A stretch of 64,000 bases of DNA. Source: Escherichia phage phT4A. Under the pieces are notes generated by a model that saw nothing but the letters and a program-made list of their open reading frames with translations, had not been told where the DNA came from and made no database searches. Location: the sequence record NC_055712.1; one strand, given 5' to 3'. Shown here piece after piece: positions 27,297 through 35,517 of the stretch (its first letter is position 1; each line of letters begins with the position of its first letter). The translations under genes and the position numbers were made by a program.

Positions 27297-27680
27297 TTAT
27301 GCCTTTGGTTTCACACCGTAGGCCAACATACCAAAACGATGATCATTATCTGCATCTTTAAACAGAACTTCGTTACCATCAATGCAGAGAACCTTTGCTT
27401 CCGGATCGATGTATGGAAGCAACCACAAAGGGATCAGGCGTAGGCCGCTATGTTCATCCCAGCGACTGAAATTAAGTTCTTCCAGTTCATCAAGGGAAAA
27501 CTCATTAGGATCGATATAACGGAACCATTTGGTATTTTTGAGGCGGTCAGGGAAGTTTACAATTTCTTCATAGCCGAATTCAGCACTCCATGAAGAGTAA
27601 ACAGTGACTTCGGATGCTTTGGTTAAAACAGCATCGCGAATTGATTTGCAGATATCGATTAAAGTCAGTTGATTTTCCAT
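27297..27680 (-). CDS. hypothetical protein
   Basis: 127-aa ORF. Confidence 0.4.
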   Translation of the reverse strand: MENQLTLIDICKSIRDAVLTKASEVTVYSSWSAEFGYEEIVNFPDRLKNTKWFRYIDPNEFSLDELEELNFSRWDEHSGLRLIPLWLLPYIDPEAKVLCIDGNEVLFKDADNDHRFGMLAYGVKPKA

Positions 27681-27690
27681 GATATATTTC

Positions 27691-28098
27691 TCATCTTGCT
27701 AAAATTTTAGGCAGTAGTTGCCCCATCGTTTTACGTGCATGTGACGGAATCTGTGATACTGGGACATATTTGAAATCATCCATTTCACGTATAGTCCGTC
27801 CGTTCTTAACGAAAGTGGATGCACAATAGCATTCTTCCGCTACTGGGTAATCTTGCCCTACATAGAGAAATAAAGCAAGGTTTTTTGTTTTCGTGTAATC
27901 GAGAACACCCAGGCTAACCAATTCCTCCGCGAACACTTCAAATCCTGTTTCTTCAAAGCATTCACGGATCGCCGCGTCAATATGAGTTTCGCCCTTTTCA
28001 ACATGCCCCTTCGGAATATCCCAATGGGGCGTTTCAGTGGCATGGCCCATCAACACGGCACCATCTTTAATAAAGATAATACCCGCTGATAGTTCCAT
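27691..28098 (-). CDS. Nudix hydrolase (NudE-like)
   Basis: canonical Nudix box GHVEKGETHIDAAIRECFEETGF. Confidence 0.8.
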   Translation of the reverse strand: MELSAGIIFIKDGAVLMGHATETPHWDIPKGHVEKGETHIDAAIRECFEETGFEVFAEELVSLGVLDYTKTKNLALFLYVGQDYPVAEECYCASTFVKNGRTIREMDDFKYVPVSQIPSHARKTMGQLLPKILAR

Positions 28099-28344
28099 TT
28101 ATTCACCTTCAAAAGCGTTATCAAATGCTTCAAGTGCTTTGTTAGCGCGAGCACTGGCTTTTGTCACACCAGCAGAAAGGTTTTCGAAGAAAGTATGTTT
28201 CCACACTTCGCGGCGACTGGATTCATGTTCCAGACTGTTTTTGTGATCACCGCGAATCTGTTCTTCCATGTCATAACGGTACAGATCGAGTTCTGCGTTT
28301 AATTTCTGTTCTAATGCCTGTGCAAATACATGTTCAATATTCAT
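28099..28344 (-). CDS. hypothetical protein
   Basis: 81-aa ORF. Confidence 0.4.
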   Translation of the reverse strand: MNIEHVFAQALEQKLNAELDLYRYDMEEQIRGDHKNSLEHESSRREVWKHTFFENLSAGVTKASARANKALEAFDNAFEGE

Positions 28345-28592
28345 TTTGTATAGCCTATTTCAGATTTAAGGTTTTCGAGGGTGGAGTGATAAACAACATT
28401 CCCTTCGTGTCGAGTATACCATACTTTTCCGTTCTGGTTACACTCATTCATTACATTTTCATCTAAACCAGGGATCGGCTTCATGCTGGGAGAAAACGCG
28501 ATAGACATCATTTGTTCCGCACTATCAGCAAACCCACAAGGGAAAACAGATCCAGTTGGTTTATCAAGATACATCAACTCTACTTTAGCCAT
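28341..28592 (-). CDS. hypothetical protein
   Basis: start tentatively at MAKVEL; overlaps neighbour. Confidence 0.3.
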   Translation of the reverse strand: MAKVELMYLDKPTGSVFPCGFADSAEQMMSIAFSPSMKPIPGLDENVMNECNQNGKVWYTRHEGNVVYHSTLENLKSEIGYTK

Positions 28593-28878
28593 AGATTTCT
28601 TCGAAATCCTCACAATCAGGCAAATACGTTTCACAGAAGGTGCAAAGCGTAAAGAATGCAGGTTGACGAATACCAGGATTATCCGGTAGATACATCCAGA
28701 AGGTGTTAGCAAACACGATGAATGTTTTCAGGTTTTCGGTGGTAATTTCGCTAACACCATCATACCCGGATTGATTGATCGCGCGTTGCAGTGGCACCTC
28801 GTACTGTTCGCAATAGTCGGCATAATGATCGCTTGTTACAAGGCCATTAGCCATTTTAATCAAATCGACGATTTTCAT
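28585..28878 (-). CDS. hypothetical protein
   Basis: 97-aa ORF. Confidence 0.4.
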   Translation of the reverse strand: MKIVDLIKMANGLVTSDHYADYCEQYEVPLQRAINQSGYDGVSEITTENLKTFIVFANTFWMYLPDNPGIRQPAFFTLCTFCETYLPDCEDFEEIYG

Positions 28879-29210
28879 GATTTTACATATTCCACTTTAA
28901 CAGGTTTTGCAACAAATTTATCTTTGGTGCGCCCATGACCATTACACAGGTCACATTCTTTGTTGAAATCTTTCATATCTTCGACCCATCCAGAATCTGG
29001 CAACCCAGACGGATATGCGTTATAACGAATGGTTTCATAACCTTTTCCGTTGCATTTCGGGCAAACATGAGGACGTTCTTTTTTAGCAGACTCTGCCAGT
29101 TCGCGAAGGGTGGTAGAACTACCATAAGCCCGACACATGTTTTCAAAGTCTTTTAAAGTCATTCTATAAACATCAATGACGTTATATTTTTTGCCGGATG
29201 GTTTAGCCAT
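28875..29210 (-). CDS. DnaJ-type zinc-finger (CxxCxGxG x2) protein
   Basis: CPKCNGKGY and CDLCNGHGR; start at MAKPSGKKY. Confidence 0.45.
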   Translation of the reverse strand: MAKPSGKKYNVIDVYRMTLKDFENMCRAYGSSTTLRELAESAKKERPHVCPKCNGKGYETIRYNAYPSGLPDSGWVEDMKDFNKECDLCNGHGRTKDKFVAKPVKVEYVKS

Positions 29211-29450
29211 AATATATTTCTCACTTAAAGAATTTTTTGATGAAAGAGATAGCAAGGCCGATACCAAAGAAAATTAAGTAACCTTTTCCGTCACCGTGCG
29301 CCAAAACATAGAGTGAGCTGCCGTATGCGATGAGTTCTGCGATGTTCATTAAGTTTCTCATGATATCCTCCTTTTTCTATATTAAGTATCTTACCATAAT
29401 ATAAACCAAAGTCAACAACAAAGTTTTATCAACCCACTTATCACCAGTCA

Positions 29451-29591
29451 TTAGTAATCCCCTACAGGTTGAGACGCCGCAACACTCAGGATCTTGAAAG
29501 TGCAATTGTTCCATTCACAATAAGTTTTTGCGCAATGAACACTTCCTTTCATAACAAACCCGTTTGAGAAAATTAACCAGTAAAGTTTCAT
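29451..29591 (-). CDS. small hypothetical protein
   Basis: 46-aa ORF starting right after PeSL leader with AAGGAGG RBS. Confidence 0.35.
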   Translation of the reverse strand: MKLYWLIFSNGFVMKGSVHCAKTYCEWNNCTFKILSVAASQPVGDY

Positions 29592-29595
29592 GATA

Positions 29596-29659
29596 GCCTC
29601 CTTTGTTTCGACAAGGCCAATATAACAAAGCCCCTGCACGAATGCAAGGGCTTTTTTCA
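29596..29659 (-). promoter_or_regulatory. PeSL-like early promoter-stem-loop cassette
   Basis: TTGCAT-17-TATATT with hairpin GCCCTTGCATTCGTGCAGGGGC, near-identical to copy at 25187-25250. Confidence 0.6.
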
Positions 29660-30196
29660 GTTTTTCAACATCCAAAGTTGCGGAGGACAATCTTTAGAAG
29701 CGATTAGACGATCCAGGCGGGACATAACCCGACGATAACCGTCGTATTCAAAATTAATTTTTGGTGGAACGTAGTTGACCTGGATTGTTTTTCTGTTAGC
29801 TAAAGAAACATACTCAGGGATCACCGTTCGCAACCGTATAGCGATCACTGGCTTCTCTTCGCCTTCGTTAAAGAACATTTGAACAGTTATAGGACAAGCA
29901 AAGATTTTACCATTTACCCGACGATAAACAATAACTTCCTGTGTCCCTTCTGTTTTGGCCTTCACCGCGTAGGTTAGAACATAACACGAATAATGATTTG
30001 CTAGACTCATCATGATATCGCGATAAGTTTCAATATCTTTTTTAATCGATACTGAACGGTCTTTAAAGCGATCTGCAATGTGGTCAGCAGTAGCCGCTAC
30101 CTTGATTGTATACCAGTCACCTAACGCGCTAGTAAACGCCTCGCTAACTTCTTTTCGTACACTGTTAACAAGATACATTAAACGTGTTCTGTTCAT
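29657..30196 (-). CDS. hypothetical protein
   Basis: start set at MNRTRLMY with GAGGA RBS. Confidence 0.45.
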   Translation of the reverse strand: MNRTRLMYLVNSVRKEVSEAFTSALGDWYTIKVAATADHIADRFKDRSVSIKKDIETYRDIMMSLANHYSCYVLTYAVKAKTEGTQEVIVYRRVNGKIFACPITVQMFFNEGEEKPVIAIRLRTVIPEYVSLANRKTIQVNYVPPKINFEYDGYRRVMSRLDRLIASKDCPPQLWMLKN

Positions 30197-30203
30197 ATAA
30201 TCC

Positions 30204-30827
30204 TCACTGATTTTTGAAGTATTCGATCTGACGCAAACGCTTTTCAGCGGCGGCTTTCGAATCGTATTCACCAAGTTCTTTTGTGTGATCGTGATTCAAA
30301 ACAACCCACTTATCGCCACGCTGTTCAATGTGTTCTGTAATATCTTTTAACGACTTATCCAGATCCAGTGATTCAGCCTCTTCACAGATAATAGTCAAAT
30401 CCACGGGCAGTGTCAACAACCTTTTTACTCCGCTGATATCATCAAGCATCGAATCGTATGCAAGGGTTACGTGCGGTTTGTAATCCGGATAATCGTATGT
30501 TGCGCCAGCATCAATAGAATCTTTGAAACGGCTATGCAGGTATTCAGATTCCAGGATCCCTACGATAGTGCTACCGTATTTTGTGTCCCACTTTTCAACA
30601 TCAACCAGTTTAGCAGGTTCTGTGATGTCCTGTTGCGGGAACAAATCAACCGTTTTCCGGCTGTATACGATCGTTGTATGCATCTTTTCGGCTGAAACAG
30701 CATTCTTTGTGATACCTAATGTCTTTTGAACATTTTTCAAAGCCTCACATGAAGCCTGATCGAATTTAGCACACATGTAGATACCAGGATCTACAACAGG
30801 TTTTGTGATTTCAAGAAATGATTTCAT
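30204..30827 (-). CDS. 57B: 2H phosphoesterase, T4 57B/Acb1-like
   Basis: two HxT motifs (MHTTIVY and PHVTLAY) typical of the 2H fold; position next to 57A and gene 1 as in T4. Confidence 0.55.
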   Translation of the reverse strand: MKSFLEITKPVVDPGIYMCAKFDQASCEALKNVQKTLGITKNAVSAEKMHTTIVYSRKTVDLFPQQDITEPAKLVDVEKWDTKYGSTIVGILESEYLHSRFKDSIDAGATYDYPDYKPHVTLAYDSMLDDISGVKRLLTLPVDLTIICEEAESLDLDKSLKDITEHIEQRGDKWVVLNHDHTKELGEYDSKAAAEKRLRQIEYFKNQ

Positions 30828-30840
30828 AAAACACCCCAAT

Positions 30841-30862
30841 AAAAAAGGGGCCGAAGCCCCTT
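30841..30862 (-). terminator. rho-independent terminator
   Basis: GGGGC-CGAA-GCCCC followed by T6 on minus strand. Confidence 0.6.
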
Positions 30863-30878
30863 TGTAATAAATTTGTTT

Positions 30879-31151
30879 TTACGCTTCTTCGCCAAAGTCG
30901 GCTTCATCTTCCGCGCCTTTTTCGACTTCAACGGAAGGGATCAGAGCGGATACCGCGCCAATCACTGCTTCTGGGGTTACTGGCTGGCTTGCGTCAATAC
31001 CCAGTACCGAACACAGGTCGGACAGAAGTTGACGATGAACAGAGAGTTCACTTTCTTTTTGCGCGATTACTTCGTTCAGATCGAATGCGCGGCCTTTCAG
31101 TACCAGTACTTCATTTTGCAGTTTTTGAATATCAGACATTTTATTACCCAT
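30879..31151 (-). CDS. 57A: gp57A-like tail-fibre assembly chaperone
   Basis: small coiled-coil protein with acidic C-terminus immediately upstream of gene 1, as in T4. Confidence 0.5.
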   Translation of the reverse strand: MGNKMSDIQKLQNEVLVLKGRAFDLNEVIAQKESELSVHRQLLSDLCSVLGIDASQPVTPEAVIGAVSALIPSVEVEKGAEDEADFGEEA

Positions 31152-31153
31152 TG

Positions 31154-31849
31154 TTAAAATTTAAAAGTATCGAGCACTTTGCTCTTTAGTTGTTTCAAAG
31201 TACCTTCGTTAGTGATGATACTATCTCCCGGTTGAGGTGTCAAACCTTTTTCCGTGGAATGTTCATCAACAATTCCGGTATCTTTTACAATAAACACAAA
31301 CTTAGCACCCAAGCGTTTCAGGTATTTATATTCGTGTTCCTGACGACAGTCAGTTACCAGAAGATGATTGTATTCGTCACCAGCATATTTATTGACGAAT
31401 CTTTCCAGTGTGTAACGAACCCAAACCGTGTTATCATACTTGCATACGATATCAGTTCCAAACACTTGCATCAAGCGTCTGATACTCCAGGGAGTATCGT
31501 TACTCATAATCAGATTATCAATATCATCAGGACTATAAACAATATTGTATCCACGTTCTTTGAGGATTTCAAGCCCGATTTTGAAAATATTTAGAACATC
31601 TTCATTAGACATCACAAGAGGTTTCTCTCGATCACCTTCGTAAAAAATAGCATCCGGATCAGAATATTTTCCTTCAACCAGACTACGAATGTATGGTTTA
31701 GCGTAACCATATCGCTGCATTGCTACTCTTAGCGTTCTTTTGATACCAAATGCCAGTGCTTCACACTGAACATCATTGTACGCCTCTTGAATAAATTTAG
31801 CAACCGTATCTTTACCAGTTCGCTTTTTTCCACTAATCACATAAATCAT
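31154..31849 (-). CDS. 1: deoxynucleoside monophosphate kinase
   Basis: SGKKRTGKDT P-loop, WSIRRLMQVFGTD, ITNEGTLKQL; colinear with T4 gp1. Confidence 0.88.
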   Translation of the reverse strand: MIYVISGKKRTGKDTVAKFIQEAYNDVQCEALAFGIKRTLRVAMQRYGYAKPYIRSLVEGKYSDPDAIFYEGDREKPLVMSNEDVLNIFKIGLEILKERGYNIVYSPDDIDNLIMSNDTPWSIRRLMQVFGTDIVCKYDNTVWVRYTLERFVNKYAGDEYNHLLVTDCRQEHEYKYLKRLGAKFVFIVKDTGIVDEHSTEKGLTPQPGDSIITNEGTLKQLKSKVLDTFKF

Positions 31850-32379
31850 TAGCTCATTCTCTTTTGAGAAGTGACTACTTTTCCGTCAATTTCAACTTCC
31901 ATATGAAGGAAGCCAAAAGTTGCCATACACGTAACCGCTTCATCACTATCGTTAGTATAACCCAATTCAACCTCACCCAAGTTTGTTGGGAAGGCACCAT
32001 AAAATCTAAATGTGGCGATCGTTTTCATCTGGGAGTTATCCAGGATATGCACAGCGAATGATTGCTTAGGATCATCCCACGCAACAGAGTTAAACTCGTT
32101 GTAATCGTTTGTGCTCAACATCCATATGTAAATCCCAAGATACGATCTCATTTCCTCATCGACTACAAAGCGGATCATCAAAGGATCAAACTCAAAAGCC
32201 GAACCAGGTACTTTACCTCGAACCATCATATTTGCAGGAATATCAACTGCTGGGAGGTTCATTGATGGTAGTGTAACCCCTTGAACTTGTAAAGTCAAAC
32301 CTTTCATGTAACTGTTATCAGGAATATCAACCCGAAAGTTTGTAGGTGAGATTTGGTTTAAAATCATTTCTGTAGACAT
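31849..32379 (-). CDS. 3: tail completion / sheath stabiliser gp3
   Basis: 176 aa like T4 gp3; tail-tube-family motif FRFYGAFPTNLGEVELGYT resembling gp19. Confidence 0.7.
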   Translation of the reverse strand: MSTEMILNQISPTNFRVDIPDNSYMKGLTLQVQGVTLPSMNLPAVDIPANMMVRGKVPGSAFEFDPLMIRFVVDEEMRSYLGIYIWMLSTNDYNEFNSVAWDDPKQSFAVHILDNSQMKTIATFRFYGAFPTNLGEVELGYTNDSDEAVTCMATFGFLHMEVEIDGKVVTSQKRMS

Positions 32380-32458
32380 AGGATCTCCTTTCCTCTATTT
32401 AGCGGGGAACGGGATCAAAGCGGCCTGACGGGGTAATATAAAAATTTGAAGAAAATGC

Positions 32459-32487
32459 TTGACCTTTTAAAATCTTTGATCTATAAT
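32459..32487 (+). promoter_or_regulatory. sigma70-type early promoter P1
   Basis: TTGACC - 17 nt - TATAAT, AT-rich surroundings. Confidence 0.6.
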
Positions 32488-32574
32488 AATTATTAATTAA
32501 AATTTTATCAAAAAGATCTAACAAGATCAAGTAAAATTTAATAAATAATTTATCAAAAATTTTTAGATCTGATC

Positions 32575-32603
32575 TTGAATTCATAAATTTTATGATCTAT
32601 AAT
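32575..32603 (+). promoter_or_regulatory. sigma70-type early promoter P2
   Basis: TTGAAT - 17 nt - TATAAT. Confidence 0.55.
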
Positions 32604-32689
32604 ATATTAATATTTTATTTTATCATAAATTTTTATGAAGATCAATACTTAGATCTAATAAATTTTATGCTTTTTCTGAAAACTTTTCC

Positions 32690-32718
32690 TTTACCCCGTC
32701 ACTAAATACTGGTACTAT
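32690..32718 (+). promoter_or_regulatory. sigma70-type promoter P3 (plus CTAAATA late-like box at 32703)
   Basis: TTTACC - 17 nt - TACTAT about 30 nt upstream of ATG 32749. Confidence 0.4.
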
Positions 32719-32748
32719 GTTCCCATATTGGAAATCAGGAAAAACAAA

Positions 32749-33538
32749 ATGACTCACTTGAAAAAATTCAAAGAATTTCTGACCGAAGGTAAAACCCTCG
32801 CTCGTACCGTAGCACGTGGTCAACGCGCTAAAAACTTCCGATAAACATTCAATCGGTTTTCTTCACTTCAAACATGGTTCTGATTTCGAAGTTTTAGCAC
32901 CGGATTCTCACGATCTGGCATACTTCGGTAAAAACATTGTACGTTTGAAAGGTATGACTACTGGTAAAGTTCAAGCGGCTTATGTCGATTGGGCTAAAGG
33001 TACTGTTTCTTTCTACAGTGGCAATCCGGATGATGATCTGGATTTCGACAAACCAGAAAAATTCAAAGCTGCTACTCTGTATGAAGAGGCGGAAGAAAAT
33101 CTGGATCTGTATAACCAGTTAGCAGAAGATTTCGAAATCGAGATCCCTATGGATGAAGCTCTGGTGAAAGGTAAAGTTTACAAACTCCCAAGCAACGATA
33201 TGCGTCTTCTGTACACTGGGCGTTCTAAAACTAAAGCAAGCGGTGAATATGCAGTGTTTACCGTAGTTGATGCTTCCGGCAAACCTCGCCTAGTATCTGG
33301 TAAAAAATTCACCCAAGAATATAAAGGCGATATGGTTTCTAAACTGGTTCTGGCTGAATCCGAAGATCTGAATGAAGCGGCTAAAGGCATTCGCGAAAAA
33401 GTTATTGCTGTGATGGTGAAACGCGGGTTTAACGAAAAAGATGCAGAAAAGATGGTTGACAAAAACCTGAAAGATGCTATGAAAGTTAGACCTGGTGCGA
33501 CCCCTGGCAAACTTGCAGAAATAGTTAGCACCCTGTAA
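32749..33538 (+). CDS. internal-head-protein-like protein with capsid-targeting-like N-terminus; frame broken by one extra A in A5 run 32830-32834
   Basis: ATG at 32749 with AGGAAAAACAAAATG RBS; N-terminus MTHLKKFKEFLTE resembles T4 IP targeting sequence MKTYQEFIAE; frame open to 33538 after a +1 shift; strongly biased codon usage. Confidence 0.5.
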
Positions 33539-33544
33539 AAATAA

Positions 33545-33572
33545 AGCCCCTTCCTTTCGGTTGGGGCTTTTT
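33545..33572 (+). terminator. rho-independent terminator (bidirectional position)
   Basis: AGCCCC-TTCCTTTCGGTT-GGGGCT followed by TTTTT. Confidence 0.65.
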
Positions 33573-33574
33573 GA

Positions 33575-34429
33575 TTAGTATTTGCTCCAGACTTTTTTTG
33601 CGCCGTAAGGTTTCCCTTTGGACATAAATTGCTGAGTCGGTAGCCAAACAGCTTTCGCCCAATCTTTAGGGGCAATCTCTGCTAATGGTGATTTGAGGTG
33701 TGATGGTAGATATGCTTTGATCATTTCTGTTGCGCCTCGCATACCTTTCACGTTACCCCAGTTAATTTTAAGCACGGTCTTGTTAGAGAGGCGTTTAGTG
33801 GATCCGTACCCTCGCTTCAATAACTCTTCTAAAAACTCCTGTCGTGCTCTGGGTGGCGCATAGTGCAAGTTCAAACCATAGAACACTAAGTTACCCGCTT
33901 TCGATCTTCCGGATCCTAAGAAAATGATCAGTGGAAATCTATCCCAATACGGCAGGGTGTCTTTATATTTTGCATCATATGCAAACGTGTACAGGCGACC
34001 CGTTGCTGGTTTTGCCACACGGTGTGTTTTGATACTGGTTTTGATGAAATTACCAAACCATTCTGTTGAATCTTTCTGTCGCTTTGCCGCCGATACACCA
34101 ACAGTGATCTTTTTCAGACTATTACGGAAATCGTTGATGATCTCGATCCCGTGTTTTTTACGGTAGTCATTACGTTTTTTACGGGCTTCTGTCTCTGCGG
34201 AACGTCGTTCAATCTCATCATCAATCTGTTTTTTGTAACGATGCATTGACTTTGTGAACGTTGCGTAGTTTAATCCCTCAGAATCGGCAAAACGTTTAGC
34301 AGAAACACCTTTCGTTTTTGCCTTACGGAATTTGATCCCCAGTTCAACCCAATCACTCAATTTGCGTTTGGGTGGTGCTTTGGGTTTATCCTCTTCCGCG
34401 ATGATCTCAAACTCAAAAATAAAACTCAT
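33575..34429 (-). CDS. 2: DNA end protector protein gp2
   Basis: 284-aa basic protein between gp3 and gp4 as in T4. Confidence 0.6.
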   Translation of the reverse strand: MSFIFEFEIIAEEDKPKAPPKRKLSDWVELGIKFRKAKTKGVSAKRFADSEGLNYATFTKSMHRYKKQIDDEIERRSAETEARKKRNDYRKKHGIEIINDFRNSLKKITVGVSAAKRQKDSTEWFGNFIKTSIKTHRVAKPATGRLYTFAYDAKYKDTLPYWDRFPLIIFLGSGRSKAGNLVFYGLNLHYAPPRARQEFLEELLKRGYGSTKRLSNKTVLKINWGNVKGMRGATEMIKAYLPSHLKSPLAEIAPKDWAKAVWLPTQQFMSKGKPYGAKKVWSKY

Positions 34430-34444
34430 GTTTCCCTCCAGGGA

Positions 34445-34912
34445 TTACTGACCTCGCCACCCAAAAACTTTTTTGAGTGATTCTTCTGTTACGATTTTGA
34501 ACTGCCAGCCTTTTTGACGGCATAGCTCATTTGCGGCTTTCCACTTATCAATATTAACTGTATAGGTGTAAAGAGCATCAATAAATTTCTTTTTATTGTG
34601 TACGTTGTTGTTTACTGGCTTCGGTGGAGGCATGGTTTCTTTAAGGGGCTTAACCTCCCAAAGATATGTAGTACCATTTTCCATTTCCACATAGAAATCC
34701 ATGTAATAGCGTCTTCTCTTACCGTCTGCATTGCAGAAATACGGGATCACTATACATTCAGAATTCCAACGTTTTACGTGTGGGTTTTTATCCAGCCACT
34801 TCATAACGTAGCGCTCCCACGATGACCTATACGTAATCTTTCGCGGATCGCCTTTATACTTCTGTATGTTTTCGGGTACAAACGACCCTTTATACGTCTG
34901 TCTTCCAGCCAT
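34445..34912 (-). CDS. 4: head completion protein gp4
   Basis: 155 aa, YRSSWERYVMKWLD region, position next to gene 53 as in T4. Confidence 0.65.
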   Translation of the reverse strand: MAGRQTYKGSFVPENIQKYKGDPRKITYRSSWERYVMKWLDKNPHVKRWNSECIVIPYFCNADGKRRRYYMDFYVEMENGTTYLWEVKPLKETMPPPKPVNNNVHNKKKFIDALYTYTVNIDKWKAANELCRQKGWQFKIVTEESLKKVFGWRGQ

Positions 34913-34962
34913 TGCGTAAATCCTAAATAGAATAATATAACGTTTAGATAGGGGAACTTATC

Positions 34963-35517
34963 GTGCTATTTTCATACTTCCCGCCTGTTGATTACAAAGG
35001 CACCCAGACAACTGATATTTTCCGAGACTATCGATTTTATTTTAATCGTGTGATTGGAAAATATAAAACCCGTAGTTACCAGATAACAGGCACACTACGA
35101 CCTGAACAACTTGCAGAATCATTATATGGAAACCAGCAATACTACTGGATCCTGTTGATGCTTAACTCTGTTTATGACCCTTTCTATGGTTGGATCTCCG
35201 ATCAGGAAGCCGCGTATCAGTGCGCTATACAGCGTTATTCTGAGGTTGGCGGTGAACAGGTTCTGTATCATGTAGATGAAAACAACAACAAGTATTATAA
35301 CCTTGTCGAAGACCCCAATAACCCTGGTCATTGGTATGACAAAGGTGACAAACCAATGCTGTATTTACAGTATCAAGGTGTATTAGCTCCTGTAGATATT
35401 TATGAAGATGCAGTGTTGCAAAATGAAGCAAAACGAACAATAAAAATCATTAGTCCGTCTGACATCCAGGCGTTTCTGAATGATTTTATTAAAGAAATGG
35501 AAAAGGCTAACTCATGA
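34963..35517 (+). CDS. 53: baseplate wedge protein gp53
   Basis: GTG start; colinear with T4 gp53 (YDPFYGWISDQEAAYQ, VLYHVDENN, WYDKGDK). Confidence 0.88.
   Translation: MLFSYFPPVDYKGTQTTDIFRDYRFYFNRVIGKYKTRSYQITGTLRPEQLAESLYGNQQYYWILLMLNSVYDPFYGWISDQEAAYQCAIQRYSEVGGEQVLYHVDENNNKYYNLVEDPNNPGHWYDKGDKPMLYLQYQGVLAPVDIYEDAVLQNEAKRTIKIISPSDIQAFLNDFIKEMEKANS

Noticed and set aside
5896-29659. Repeated hairpin-containing intergenic elements considered as a CRISPR array
   Set aside because: Copies are dispersed between genes over 24 kb, not arrayed with uniform spacers; they fit promoter-stem-loop cassettes instead.
32461-32700. AT-rich region with repeated TTTATCAAAAA and GATC motifs considered as a replication origin with iterons or DnaA boxes
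   Set aside because: The repeats align as -35/-10 promoter elements with 17-nt spacers rather than a regular iteron array, and none matches the DnaA box consensus. Origin function is not excluded but is unsupported.
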